In this document: positions 35,833 to 44,960 of the stretch, piece after piece
Numbering within the stretch: position 1 is the stretch's first letter
Layout of the letters: the number at the start of each line of letters is the position of its first letter
Assembly: GCA_002367305.1 (NCBI GenBank)
Contig: DFBG01000006.1
Coordinates: 1 to 44,960 of the forward strand
Direction of reading: 5' to 3'
DNA length: 44,960 nucleotides
Source: Actinobacteria bacterium UBA3086
Lineage (GTDB): Bacteria; Actinomycetota; Coriobacteriia; Anaerosomatales; UBA3086
Program-made: the position numbers and the translations under genes
The notes under the pieces: model-generated
The model's database searches: none
Seen by the model: the letters and a program-made list of their open reading frames with translations, nothing else
What the model was told of the DNA's origin: nothing

Positions 35833-36498
35833 ATGTTGACGGTTCGAATCGTTGCGGCACTCGTGGCTGCCTATGCGCTGGGCGGTATTCCCTTCGCCCT
35901 CATCATCTCGAGAAGGCACGGTATCGATATACGCGAGCATGGGTCCGGCAATACCGGGGCCACCAATGTGCTGCGTGTGCTCGGTACTCGTGCGGGGGTC
36001 ACGGTGCTCATCCTCGACCTCCTGAAGGGGACGGCCGCCGTAGGTCTGGCTTCGCTTCTGCATCCCCTGGTGCTCGGCCACGATGCTCACGATTGGGTCA
36101 TGCTCGGTGCAGCTATGCTCGCTGTGATAGGTCACACGTTCTCGCCGTACATGGGATTCCGAGGCGGCAAAGGCGTCGCAACTGCCGCCGGAACGCTTCT
36201 GCCCATCGCTCCCAGTGCGTGGTTCATCCTTCTACTCTTGTTTGTTCTCGTGGTCTATATCAGTCGGATGGTGTCACTGGGCTCGGTACTCATCGCTTTG
36301 CTGTTTCCCATGCTATGTCTGTTGCTCTACTCGGACAGACCCGCTCTTGTGTGGTTTTCTCTATTTGCTGCCACTCTCGTGATCTGGCGTCACAGGACGA
36401 ATATCGTGCGCATCATTCGGGGAGAAGAAGCTAAGATAGGCGAGGGTCAGTCTGACAATGAAGATTCGGAGGCGAGCAATGAACAACATACGCGCTAG
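35833..36498 (+). CDS. plsY: Glycerol-3-phosphate acyltransferase PlsY
   Basis: Contains GGIPFALIISRRHGIDIREHGSGNTGATNVLRVLG and FRGGKGVATAAG. Confidence 0.92.
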   Translation: MLTVRIVAALVAAYALGGIPFALIISRRHGIDIREHGSGNTGATNVLRVLGTRAGVTVLILDLLKGTAAVGLASLLHPLVLGHDAHDWVMLGAAMLAVIGHTFSPYMGFRGGKGVATAAGTLLPIAPSAWFILLLLFVLVVYISRMVSLGSVLIALLFPMLCLLLYSDRPALVWFSLFAATLVIWRHRTNIVRIIRGEEAKIGEGQSDNEDSEASNEQHTR

Positions 36499-37504
36499 CG
36501 TCATCGGAGCTGGTTCATGGGGCACGGCAGTGGCTGTTCTGCTCGGTACCAAAGGCCTCCCTACAACTCTCTGGGCACGATCCGATGAGGTCGCCCAAGG
36601 AATCCAACAGGATCGCCGCAATCCTCGTTATCTCAAAGACGTCGAACTCCCGGCATCAGTGTGGGCGACGACTGATCTCGAAGAGGCGGTCGCCGGTGCT
36701 GATGTGATCGTCGTAGCCACACCGAGTCAAGGTGTTCGCGACATTGCTGAGAGGTTCGCCCCCTTCCGCAAGGCTGGAGTCCCGGTCGTGAGCTTGGCAA
36801 AGGGGCTTGAGCGGGGCAGCCTCCTCCGTATGACAGAGGTTCTCGCAGAAGTCACCGGCGAGCGCGGAGCGATGGCGACGCTCTCTGGTCCCAACCACGC
36901 CGAAGAGGTCTCGCGTGGCATTCCGTCCACTACTGTTGTCGCTGCGAACGATCCGGAGGTCGGCGTTCGTCTCAGGGAAATCTTCCTCACGCCGACATTT
37001 CGTGTGTACACCAACAATGATGTTGTGGGAGTGGAGCTCTGCGGAGCATCCAAGAATGTGGTCGCTCTTGCCGCGGGAATCTCCGACGGAATCGGTTACG
37101 GTGACAACACCAAGGCCTCCCTCATGACGCGCGGACTTGCCGAGATGAGCCGACTTGGGCGACATCTCGGGGCCAATCCCCTCACGTACATGGGACTTGC
37201 AGGCATGGGCGACCTCATCGCCACCTGCACCTCTCGCTACAGTCGCAACCGTGCTTTGGGTGAGCATGTCGCCACTGGCGGCAGTATGGACACGTATTAC
37301 CAGAAGACTCATATGGTGGCCGAAGGTGCGATCTCCGCGGTCACGGTCGATGAACTGGCAGCACGCCACGGTGTGGAGTTGCCAATCACGTATCAGGTCA
37401 GATCCGTGCTGTATGAAGGTGTTGCGCCCGCTTCTGCCGTCGATGCGCTCATGACAAGAACCGCTACTGATGAGCTCCATGGTATGGATCTGGTCGAGGA
37501 CTAA
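36479..37504 (+). CDS. gpsA: NAD(P)H-dependent glycerol-3-phosphate dehydrogenase
   Basis: VIGAGSWGTAVAVLL, LAKGLE, GPNHAEEV and KNVVALAAG. ATG 36479 follows GGAGG and overlaps the plsY end. Confidence 0.92.
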   Translation: MNNIRASVIGAGSWGTAVAVLLGTKGLPTTLWARSDEVAQGIQQDRRNPRYLKDVELPASVWATTDLEEAVAGADVIVVATPSQGVRDIAERFAPFRKAGVPVVSLAKGLERGSLLRMTEVLAEVTGERGAMATLSGPNHAEEVSRGIPSTTVVAANDPEVGVRLREIFLTPTFRVYTNNDVVGVELCGASKNVVALAAGISDGIGYGDNTKASLMTRGLAEMSRLGRHLGANPLTYMGLAGMGDLIATCTSRYSRNRALGEHVATGGSMDTYYQKTHMVAEGAISAVTVDELAARHGVELPITYQVRSVLYEGVAPASAVDALMTRTATDELHGMDLVED

Positions 37505-37517
37505 GGAGAGCCAAGAG

Positions 37518-38195
37518 ATGAGCGAACGCGTATTGATGGCCCCGTCGATCCTTTCGGCTGATTTCACACGACTCGGCGAGTCGATCGCTCTCGTTCCGAC
37601 TGCCGACTTCATCCATGTCGATGTCATGGACGGTCATTTCGTTCCCAATCTCACCATAGGCCCGCCTGTGATCAAGGCTCTCAAGCGTACGACTGACATT
37701 CCTTTGGACGTTCACCTCATGATCACCAACGCTGAGGATTCAGTGCAATGGTATTTGGAGGCGGGAGCAGATATCGTCACCGTTCACGCAGAGGCATGTC
37801 CCCATCTGCATCGAGTCGTGCAGACGATACGCGCTGCGGGCGCGAAAGCGTCGGTGAGCCTCAACCCAGGCACTCCCGTCTCGGTGCTGCGCGATGTCCT
37901 CTGCGATCTGGATATGGTACTGCTCATGAGCGTGAATCCGGGCTTCGGTGGGCAGAAGTTCATCGCAAACACGGTTCGCAAGACCGCTGAGTTGGTCTCC
38001 CTCTCCAAGGAGTTGGGCGCAGCACCGCTCATTCAGATCGATGGTGGCATAGACGCCGATACCGCTCCGCTCGTTGTGGCAGCGGGAGCTCGTGTGCTAG
38101 TTGCGGGAAGCGCAGTGTTCTGCAAAGATGAGCCTGCGGAGGCGCTCGAGTCCATAAGGTCCGCAGGACAAGGAGCTCTTCAGCGTTTGGCGTAA
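37518..38195 (+). CDS. rpe: Ribulose-phosphate 3-epimerase
   Basis: Contains MAPSILSADF, HVDVMDGHFVPN, LLMSVNPGFGGQKF and QIDGG. ATG 37518 follows AAGGAGAG. Confidence 0.92.
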   Translation: MSERVLMAPSILSADFTRLGESIALVPTADFIHVDVMDGHFVPNLTIGPPVIKALKRTTDIPLDVHLMITNAEDSVQWYLEAGADIVTVHAEACPHLHRVVQTIRAAGAKASVSLNPGTPVSVLRDVLCDLDMVLLMSVNPGFGGQKFIANTVRKTAELVSLSKELGAAPLIQIDGGIDADTAPLVVAAGARVLVAGSAVFCKDEPAEALESIRSAGQGALQRLA

Positions 38196-38204
38196 GGTAG
38201 TTAA

Positions 38205-38325
38205 GACTTTCTTCAGGGCGGGGTGAGATTCCCCACCGGCGGTTACAGCCCGCGAGCCTCGCTGAGAGGTTGACCCGGAGCATTCCCGGGGCCGACGGTA
38301 TAGTCCGGATGGGAGAAGGAAGGTC
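38205..38325 (+). promoter_or_regulatory. FMN riboswitch (RFN element) aptamer
   Basis: cttcagggcggggtgagattccccaccggcggt...agcccgcgagc...ccggggccgacggtatagtccggatgggagaagga matches the conserved RFN core. It lies directly upstream of ribD. Confidence 0.9.
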
Positions 38326-38377
38326 GGAACAGATGCTTCTGTTCTCGGACCCCTCGTTGGGCATAGATTCACTAGGC

Positions 38378-39436
38378 ATGCGCCGCGCGTATCAACTCGC
38401 GGAGCGCGGCCGTGGTCTCACCGCACCCAACCCCTTTGTCGGCTGTGTCGTCATTCGTGACGACCAGATCGTTGGCGAAGGCTTCCATGAGCGGGCAGGT
38501 GAGGCACATGCAGAGGTTCGTGCGCTTGCCGACGCTGGGCACAGCGCTCGTGGGTCCCACGTCTTCGTTACTCTTGAACCCTGTTCGCACCATGGACGCA
38601 CTCCGCCGTGCGCGGATGCGCTCATCGCTGCGGGAGTGGCGCGTGTGTCCATCGGCATGCCCGATCCCAATCCAATAGCTGGTGGGGGCGCCGCCCGACT
38701 TCGCGACGCCGGGATTGACGTGGAGTTCGCATCCGATCCGGCACCCTATCAGGACCAACTCCGTGAATGGACCACATGGGTGCGTCGTGGACGTCCTTGG
38801 GTGAGGGTCAAGGTTGCCTTGAGTCTGGATGGCAAACCGGGCACGGTAGCAGGTGTTCGCAGCTCCATCACTGGTGCCGGAGGACTTGAGACTACGATGC
38901 GTCTGCGGTCCGCTTCGGACGCAGTTCTTGTCGGCGCTTCGACCGCGCTCATCGACGATCCTCGGCTCACCGTGAGGCCTGAAGGCGGAAGTCAGCGACA
39001 GCCACTTCGTGTGGTTCTGTCCCGCAGTTCGTGCCCGAAAGATCTCAAGTTGTTCTCGGATGGCTCTGGACGAGTGCTGTGCCTATCCGCGTCGGGCAAT
39101 GGAGATGAATGGACCGTTCCGACAGGGGTGGAAGTGGAACATTATTCGAGCGCCGAGGGGCTCAGGGGCGCACTTCATGTTCTTGGGGAACGTGGCATTA
39201 CGAGTGTCCTCGTAGAGGCTGGGCCCAGTCTCTTCTCGGCGTTCTGGAGAGAGAATTTGATCGATGAATTGATCCTCTATCACGCCGGCGGAGTGGCGGG
39301 AATGACTGCGCCGCTGCTTATGCAGCAGGTCGGGTCGGCCGGTGATCTGGATCGCAGGATGAAGGCGGTCGAAGCCGGAGTCTCTGGCGAGGATGCGATA
39401 ACCGTTTGGCGGCCGCGAGTGGCCGAGAAATACTGA
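38378..39436 (+). CDS. ribD: Bifunctional riboflavin biosynthesis deaminase/reductase
   Basis: Contains PNPFVGCVV, HAEVRAL and TLEPCSHHGRTPPC, plus a C-terminal reductase domain. ATG 38378. ORF-track bases 38270-38377 belong to the riboswitch. Confidence 0.92.
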   Translation: MRRAYQLAERGRGLTAPNPFVGCVVIRDDQIVGEGFHERAGEAHAEVRALADAGHSARGSHVFVTLEPCSHHGRTPPCADALIAAGVARVSIGMPDPNPIAGGGAARLRDAGIDVEFASDPAPYQDQLREWTTWVRRGRPWVRVKVALSLDGKPGTVAGVRSSITGAGGLETTMRLRSASDAVLVGASTALIDDPRLTVRPEGGSQRQPLRVVLSRSSCPKDLKLFSDGSGRVLCLSASGNGDEWTVPTGVEVEHYSSAEGLRGALHVLGERGITSVLVEAGPSLFSAFWRENLIDELILYHAGGVAGMTAPLLMQQVGSAGDLDRRMKAVEAGVSGEDAITVWRPRVAEKY

Positions 39437-39469
39437 AATTCGAGTCCGTGTGTGTGAAAGGAGTCGTGG

Positions 39470-40138
39470 ATGTTCACAGGTTTGATCGAATCAGAAGGCA
39501 TTATCACGCGAGTGGAGCGCGCGCAGGGTGGCGTGAGAATAGAGGTATACGCGCCTGAGTTCGGGCGAGATATGTCTATCGGTGACTCCATCGCTGTCGA
39601 CGGAGCGTGTCTCACGGTCACAAAGTTCATCAGAGGCGCATTTGTCGCCGATGTGAGCCAGGAGACTCTCGACAGGTCGACGCTTGGAGCGCTACGCCAG
39701 GGTGCGAAGGTCAACCTGGAGCGCGCCCTGCGCCTGTCGGACCGTCTCGCAGGTCACATCGTGACTGGCCATGTCGACGGTACCGGCTCTCTTGTCATGA
39801 GGCATTCAGCTGGAAACTCCACCATCTATCAGTTCAGCGCGCCAGCAGCGCTCATGCAGTACATCGTGCCCAAGGGGTCCATCGCCATCGATGGTATCTC
39901 TCTCACGGTGGCCGACGTGCGTGAGGAAGGTTTCGCGGTCGCGGTCATACCGCACACCGAGGCATCCACAACGCTTGGAGACAAGGCGACAGGCGCAGCC
40001 GTCAATCTCGAGGCGGACATGCTGGGCAAATACGTGCAGCGATTCGTCTCGCTGTATGCCGGCGATCCCGAGAACGGTCCTCAGGCCGGGCGACGCGGCC
40101 TCGGGGACATGCTCCGTGATCTCACGGATGGACGGTGA
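39470..40138 (+). CDS. ribE: Riboflavin synthase (alpha chain)
   Basis: MFTGLIE start and duplicated lumazine-binding repeats (SIAVDGACLTV / SIAIDGISLTV). Confidence 0.92.
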   Translation: MFTGLIESEGIITRVERAQGGVRIEVYAPEFGRDMSIGDSIAVDGACLTVTKFIRGAFVADVSQETLDRSTLGALRQGAKVNLERALRLSDRLAGHIVTGHVDGTGSLVMRHSAGNSTIYQFSAPAALMQYIVPKGSIAIDGISLTVADVREEGFAVAVIPHTEASTTLGDKATGAAVNLEADMLGKYVQRFVSLYAGDPENGPQAGRRGLGDMLRDLTDGR

Positions 40139-41394
40139 ATCGCGTGACTGACACGACAGGTCCGTTCGCGAGCATCGATGATGCGATCAAGGATATCCGC
40201 GAGGGGCGCATCATCATTGTCGTGGACGACGAGGGCCGCGAGAACGAAGGCGATCTCGTCATGGCCGCTGAAATGGTCACGCCTGATGCTATCAACTTCA
40301 TGGCCACCCACGGACGTGGTCTCATCTGCATGCCCATGAGCGGGGAGAGGCTCGACGAGCTACGCATCCCGCCCATGACCTCGGATAACACCTCTGAGCA
40401 GGGAACTGCGTTCCACGTCTCCATCGGCGCTCGTGGCCGTATCACCACGGGCATCTCTGCAGCCGATCGTGCGGCTACCGTCGCAGCGGTGGTCGATTCA
40501 TCAACGCGACCCGAGGACATCGAACAGCCGGGACACGTGTTTCCCTTGCGCGCAAAGGCAGGCGGAGTTCTTGAACGTGCCGGTCACACGGAAGCATCCG
40601 TCGATCTGGCCAGACTCGCTGGGCTGTACCCGGGTGGGGTCATCTGCGAGATCATGAACGCCGACGGGACCATGGCGCGGCGACCAGAACTCGAGGTGTT
40701 CGCTCGCGAGCATGGCCTGAATATGATCACCGTGGCCGAGCTCATCCGGTATCGGCGTCGGACTGAAAAGCTCGTGGAGCTCACATCCACAGTGCAGATG
40801 CCCACACGATTCGGATACTTCACCGGCTACGGATACACATCCATGGTCGATGGGGCCACGCATCTTGCACTCGTTGTCGGCGACGTGCGCGATCATGAGA
40901 ACGTCCTGGTTCGCGTGCACTCCGAGTGCCTCACCGGCGACGTCTTCCATTCAGCCCGCTGTGACTGTGGTGACCAGCTAGAGGAGGCCATGCGACGTAT
41001 TCAGTCGGAAGGCTCTGGTGTCATTCTCTACATTGTTGGACACGAAGGTCGCGGCATTGGACTCGCCAACAAGCTCAAGGCATACGAACTGCAGGAGCAC
41101 GGTCGTGACACCGTTGAAGCCAATGTGGATCTCGGTTTCGAACCTGATCTGCGTGACTACGGCATCGGTGCTCAGATCCTTGCTGACCTGGGGCTCACGT
41201 CTATGCGCCTTCTCACCAACAACCCCACGAAGATCGTGGGGCTCGAAGGTTACGGCCTGACCGTGTCGGAGATGGTGGGACTCGAGATCCCGCCCTGCTC
41301 GACCAATCTGGAGTATCTGAAGACCAAGAGGGACAAGATGGATCATCGGCTTTCTCTCATCGAGAAAACGGACAACGAAGGAGACGATTCATGA
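40135..41394 (+). CDS. ribBA: Bifunctional 3,4-dihydroxy-2-butanone-4-phosphate synthase / GTP cyclohydrolase II
   Basis: Contains [50 protein letters not shown] and [16 protein letters not shown] overlap with ribE. Confidence 0.93.
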   Translation: MNRVTDTTGPFASIDDAIKDIREGRIIIVVDDEGRENEGDLVMAAEMVTPDAINFMATHGRGLICMPMSGERLDELRIPPMTSDNTSEQGTAFHVSIGARGRITTGISAADRAATVAAVVDSSTRPEDIEQPGHVFPLRAKAGGVLERAGHTEASVDLARLAGLYPGGVICEIMNADGTMARRPELEVFAREHGLNMITVAELIRYRRRTEKLVELTSTVQMPTRFGYFTGYGYTSMVDGATHLALVVGDVRDHENVLVRVHSECLTGDVFHSARCDCGDQLEEAMRRIQSEGSGVILYIVGHEGRGIGLANKLKAYELQEHGRDTVEANVDLGFEPDLRDYGIGAQILADLGLTSMRLLTNNPTKIVGLEGYGLTVSEMVGLEIPPCSTNLEYLKTKRDKMDHRLSLIEKTDNEGDDS

Positions 41395-41855
41395 GCACAT
41401 TCGAGGGTAACCTTATCGGAACAGGTTTGAAGGTCGCGGTGGTTGCGAGCAGGTTCAACGAGCTGCTCTCGAGCCGCTTGATGTCCGGCGCAATGGACGG
41501 CCTCACCCGGCATGGCGTCCTTCAAGACGATGTCGATGTGGCCTGGGTGCCCGGTGGTTTCGAGATTCCGCTGCTTGCCAAGAAGCTTGCTGACTCCGGT
41601 CGATACGATGCAGTTGTTGCCCTGGGTGTTGTCATCCGAGGTGGGACACCGCATTTTGAGTTTGTTGCAAGCGAGATGTCCAAAGGAATCGCAAAGGCGT
41701 CGCTCGATTCTGGCGTGCCTGTGATGTTCGGCGTTATCACAGCCGATACGATCGAACAGGCGGTCGAACGTGCCGGGACCAAGGCGGGGAACAAGGGTTG
41801 GGATGCGGCTCTCGCCGCGATCGAGATGGCGAATCTGATCAAAGCCGTAGGCTGA
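41391..41855 (+). CDS. ribH: 6,7-dimethyl-8-ribityllumazine synthase
   Basis: Contains [40 protein letters not shown] and GNKG. ATGA overlap with ribBA. Confidence 0.93.
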   Translation: MSTFEGNLIGTGLKVAVVASRFNELLSSRLMSGAMDGLTRHGVLQDDVDVAWVPGGFEIPLLAKKLADSGRYDAVVALGVVIRGGTPHFEFVASEMSKGIAKASLDSGVPVMFGVITADTIEQAVERAGTKAGNKGWDAALAAIEMANLIKAVG

Positions 41856-41998
41856 GCGTCGACAAGGAACAGCAGGGGGTCCGGAAAGAGAGAAGACCCT
41901 GGACGCGACCAATAGGTCTGCATCCCGGGCCCCCTCAAGAACGTCCAGCGGGCTCTCGCCACCCTGTGGTTGTCAGCCATGGACCTTCGCACTGCTTG

Positions 41999-42020
41999 CG
42001 CCTCTCACGAGGCGGATTTT
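41999..42020 (+). terminator. Candidate small intrinsic terminator downstream of the rib operon
   Basis: cgcctc / tcac / gaggcg is a perfect 6-bp GC-rich stem followed by gaTTTT, about 145 nt after the ribH stop. Confidence 0.3.
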
Positions 42021-42100
42021 CAACCTATCAGAATGCTGTTCTGCCGACAAGAACTCCAGGGACCTGAATTGCTGAACGGCCACAACTGCCGAGCGAACGG

Positions 42101-42850
42101 GTGTCTACGGGCGCCCTGCGGTATCATTGCGGTGACGGGTTCGCTTTGAATGATTGGATGCGTATGGCTGACAAGCAGAAGCCCGATGAAGAGACCGTCA
42201 TGGAGCTGTTCGGCTTCAAGGTCAAAGTGAGCAATCCTCGTCTGGCTGAAGTACTGCGCATGGACGCCAAAGAAGCGCTCACTACGGATGTTCGCACCCT
42301 GAGGGGTTCCACTGATAGACGCGAGCAGAGGGCTGAGTTCGCTCAGGCGATCCCTGATGTAGTTGTCGCCGAACCCACTCCAAAGGATCTTCGCGATCTC
42401 TCACATCGATCGGTTCTCCGAGGCAGAGCCGATGCGGTGGCGGGTGCACTTGGTTTCGATGTCGCCGCTGACGGGTCCTGGCGTTCACCGCTGGGTGTAA
42501 GCATCATGACGCGTATCATTGATGGGGTCGTTTCGCCAGCAACGGCTGCCGACGCGATCAGCAAGCTCGCTCCCTTGTTCGTGCCTGCGCGAACCGACGA
42601 ATCCGTCCTCTTCATTGTTGAAGGGGAGGGCTCCGTGACGTCATATCTCCTGGCTCTACGCCAACAACGCGCCCATGCCTGGGCACGCGTTATCCGCATG
42701 AGCGACCTGGAATCTCTGCGCTCCCTCTGCACGGCGGGGGCCGTCGATCATGAGAGAGCAGTCGGCGTTCTCTCTTCTGCAATGTCGGCTGATTCCGGAG
42801 TCATCATCAGTGCGCTCACTGACGCTCTCTCAATGCCTCACAACGACTGA
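42101..42850 (+). CDS. Hypothetical protein, no recognisable domain
   Basis: A long ORF with GC3-rich codon usage like its neighbours. The start is uncertain (GTG 42101, ATG 42158 or ATG 42164) and none has a convincing SD. No TM segments or catalytic motifs were recognised. Confidence 0.5.
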   Translation: MSTGALRYHCGDGFALNDWMRMADKQKPDEETVMELFGFKVKVSNPRLAEVLRMDAKEALTTDVRTLRGSTDRREQRAEFAQAIPDVVVAEPTPKDLRDLSHRSVLRGRADAVAGALGFDVAADGSWRSPLGVSIMTRIIDGVVSPATAADAISKLAPLFVPARTDESVLFIVEGEGSVTSYLLALRQQRAHAWARVIRMSDLESLRSLCTAGAVDHERAVGVLSSAMSADSGVIISALTDALSMPHND

Positions 42851-42870
42851 AATCGAGTCAGGGATTTCGC

Positions 42871-42899
42871 TTGACACACGCCTCGCTCGGGCATACTGT
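42871..42899 (+). promoter_or_regulatory. Candidate promoter of the Rrf2-nifS-nifU operon
   Basis: Perfect TTGACA (42871-42876), 17 nt, TACTGT (42894-42899). Confidence 0.4.
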
Positions 42900-42916
42900 T
42901 TTAAATCATACTGTTT
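42892..42916 (+). repeat. Tandem 10-bp direct repeat CATACTGTTT-N5-CATACTGTTT overlapping the -10
   Basis: Exact copies at 42892-42901 and 42907-42916, separated by taaat. Confidence 0.6.
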
Positions 42917-42946
42917 ATGTAGTGATTAAGACGGGAGCGGGATCAC

Positions 42947-43408
42947 ATGCGACTGAGCGCTAAGAGCGAGTATGGCCTTTTGGCCATGATCGACCTGGCT
43001 CAGTCTGCGGATTCGAGCCCCACGAGTGCCCGCGAGATATCAACCCGCCAAGAGATCCCCGTCAAGTTCTTGGAGCAGCTGCTCGTTGCACTTCGGCGAG
43101 CAGGTCTTGTTCAGGGAGTAAGGGGAGCGCGAGGCGGCTTCATTCTCAGTCGTGATGCCCGTGACATTTCTGTACTCGACGTCGTCGAGGCGTTGGAGGG
43201 TCCACTCACCACTACGGTATGCGACGCAGAGCGTGCATCTGTGTGTGGCAAAAGCGGAATGTGCGCTGCGAGTGGTGTGTGGAATGAAGCCACCAAAGCT
43301 CTCAAGGATGTGTTCAGAAACAGAAGCGTCGCGGATCTTGCACGTGATCAGATAGCAATCGACGACTCAAAGGTTGTCGTCGCGCACGAGAGAGAAGGCC
43401 AAGCATGA
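42947..43408 (+). CDS. Rrf2-family transcriptional regulator (IscR/CymR-like)
   Basis: MRLSAKSEYGLLAMIDLA N-terminus, wHTH (FLEQLLVALRRAGLVQGVRGARGGF) and three clustered Cys (C-x7-C-x5-C). Confidence 0.88.
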   Translation: MRLSAKSEYGLLAMIDLAQSADSSPTSAREISTRQEIPVKFLEQLLVALRRAGLVQGVRGARGGFILSRDARDISVLDVVEALEGPLTTTVCDAERASVCGKSGMCAASGVWNEATKALKDVFRNRSVADLARDQIAIDDSKVVVAHEREGQA

Positions 43409-44598
43409 GTGATGATCGTTCCGTGTACTTTGACTATGCAGCCACCACGCCGGTAGATCCGCGGGTGCTGGAAGCGATGACTCCCTACTTCACGGAGTTG
43501 TTCGGCAATGCGAACAGCCTGTACTCAACCGGGCGCCAGGCGTTCAACGCCTTGGAGGATGCGCGCGCTCGTGTGGCAGAGGCCATTGGGGCAGCACAGC
43601 CCCGCGAGATCATCTTCACCAGCGGCGGTACCGAGTCTGACAACGCCGCGATCATAGGTATTACTCGCGCAGTGTCTCCGGGCGGCGGTCATGTGATCGT
43701 GTCGGCGTTTGAGCACCACGCAATCCTGGAGCCAGCTCACATTCTTGAGAAGAGTGGCTACGATGTCACCTATCTCAAACCTCGTTCCGACGGCGTGGTA
43801 CACGTCGAGGATCTGGAAGCTGCGCTTAGGGAAGACACCGTTCTCGTGTCCGTCATGCACGGTAACAACGAGCTGGGTACGATCCAGCCTATAGCGGAGC
43901 TTTCTGCTGCTGCACACAAAGTCGGTGCGCTCATGCACACGGACGCTGCCCAGACTCTGGGCAAGATTCCCTTTGACGTTGCCGATCTCGGTGTGGACGC
44001 CGCATCGTTCTCCAGTCACAAGATCTATGGGCCCAAGGGTGTGGGAGTCCTGTACCTCAAGCGGGGCGTTCGCTTCCACCCGCAGATCAATGGCGGAGGG
44101 CAGGAGTTCAAGCGTCGTAGCGGTACGCAGAACGTCGTGGGCGCCATCGGCTTCGCAAAGGCACTCGATCTCATGCTTGAGGATCAGGAGCAGGAGAGAG
44201 TTCGACTGACGAATCTGCGAGATAAGTTCGAGCAGGGCGTAATGGACACGCTTGAGAACACCGAGGTCAGTGCCAAGTCGGACAACCGGCTTCCCAATAT
44301 CGCGCACATGCTGATAAAGGGTGTGGAGGGCGAGTCCATGCTGCTTCAGCTTGACGCCAAGGGTATTGCAGTCTCAACGGGTTCAGCATGCTCCTCAGGT
44401 TCCTTGGAGCCGTCGCATGTGTTGCTGTCCATAGGTTGCCCTCAGGAACTCGCGCACGGATCACTTCGTGCTTCGTTCGGTAGGTTCACGACCGAGGCGG
44501 ACGTCGACTACTTCCTAGAGGTATTCCCACCAATCGTCAATCGTCTTCGTGCGATGTCCCCGGTCTACGAGAAGATGTTCGGCTCCTCGGCCAGCTAG
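43405..44598 (+). CDS. nifS: Cysteine desulfurase (NifS/IscS type)
   Basis: Contains FDYAATTPVDPRV, PLP-lysine region SSHKIYGPKGVG and active-site SGSACSSG. ATGA overlap with the Rrf2 gene. Confidence 0.92.
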   Translation: MSDDRSVYFDYAATTPVDPRVLEAMTPYFTELFGNANSLYSTGRQAFNALEDARARVAEAIGAAQPREIIFTSGGTESDNAAIIGITRAVSPGGGHVIVSAFEHHAILEPAHILEKSGYDVTYLKPRSDGVVHVEDLEAALREDTVLVSVMHGNNELGTIQPIAELSAAAHKVGALMHTDAAQTLGKIPFDVADLGVDAASFSSHKIYGPKGVGVLYLKRGVRFHPQINGGGQEFKRRSGTQNVVGAIGFAKALDLMLEDQEQERVRLTNLRDKFEQGVMDTLENTEVSAKSDNRLPNIAHMLIKGVEGESMLLQLDAKGIAVSTGSACSSGSLEPSHVLLSIGCPQELAHGSLRASFGRFTTEADVDYFLEVFPPIVNRLRAMSPVYEKMFGSSAS

Positions 44599-44625
44599 GC
44601 TGAGATAGCCCGAAAGGAGAGTCCC

Positions 44626-44960
44626 GTGCAGTACAGCGAGAAGGTCATGGACCACTTCAACAACCCGCGCAATGTCGGCGTGATCGATGATGCGGATGGC
44701 GTTGGCGAGGTCGGTAACCCTGTATGCGGCGACATGATGAAGATATCCATCAGTGTCGAGGACGACGCGATCAGCGATGTCATGTTTCAGACGCTCGGGT
44801 GTGGTGCCGCAATCGCGACGTCATCAATCGTCACAGAGATGGCCAAGGGTATGACCCTCGAGGAGGCAGTTGCGATCTCCAAGAAGCAGGTCGCCGATGA
44901 ACTCGGCGGGCTTCCACCAGCAAAGATGCACTGTTCTATTCTCGCCACCGACGGGCTGAA
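44626..44960 (+). CDS. nifU: Fe-S cluster scaffold protein NifU/IscU (3' end off-window)
   Basis: Not in the ORF track because it runs off the window. GTG 44626 follows AAAGGAGAG. The translation VQYSEKVMDHFNNPRNVG...GNPVCGDMM...GCGAAIATSS...KMHCS carries the three IscU cysteines. Confidence 0.88.
   Translation, partial: MQYSEKVMDHFNNPRNVGVIDDADGVGEVGNPVCGDMMKISISVEDDAISDVMFQTLGCGAAIATSSIVTEMAKGMTLEEAVAISKKQVADELGGLPPAKMHCSILATDGL

Noticed and set aside
41868-41905. A GGGTC...GACCC stem just after ribH as the rib terminator.
   Set aside because: The stem has only 5-6 bp, with a 13-nt loop and no following T-tract. The 41999-42020 hairpin is a better, though still weak, candidate.
1-44960. 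A search for CRISPR arrays, IS elements or transposases, integrases, prophage or defence-system genes, and tRNA or rRNA genes.
   Set aside because: I found none. All spacers are 310 nt or shorter and none shows cloverleaf-like or repeat-spacer structure. Every sizeable ORF except 42101-42850 has a housekeeping assignment.

Overview
This is a GC-rich core-genome segment in which every supported gene is on the + strand, and many genes are joined by ATGA/GTGA start-stop overlaps. Gene content and order (cmk-plsC-ispH-DUF512-der-plsY-gpsA, scpA-scpB-rluB, Rrf2-nifS-nifU) suggest a high-GC Gram-positive anaerobe. Coriobacteriia-like Actinomycetota is my guess only. In order, the window holds: the 3' end of an ABC-F ATPase gene; an 11-gene nuo (Complex I-like) operon nuoABCDHIJKLMN; an AT-richer 310-nt spacer; a small FlgM-like ORF, a small membrane protein and a lone PilB/GspE-type ATPase; deoB-pdp; a DHH-CBS-nucleotidyltransferase fusion; an M50 protease; trpS; scpAB; rluB; cobU-cobT-cobS-cobC; hisC-tyrA-aroA; cmk-plsC-ispH; DUF512-der-plsY-gpsA-rpe; an FMN riboswitch with ribD-ribE-ribBA-ribH; a hypothetical protein; and Rrf2-nifS-nifU (3' truncated). 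I saw no tRNA or rRNA genes, CRISPR arrays, transposases, integrases or long repeats. The most unusual item is the nuo operon. It has no nuoE/F/G, and its NuoI gene is about 650 codons long because a GltD/NfnB-like FAD/NAD(P)H flavoprotein module with extra Fe-S motifs is interleaved with the NuoI ferredoxin. This could be a built-in electron-input module. All protein calls rest on motifs I recognised by eye in the supplied translations. No database search was run, and most start codons are best guesses from SD spacing.
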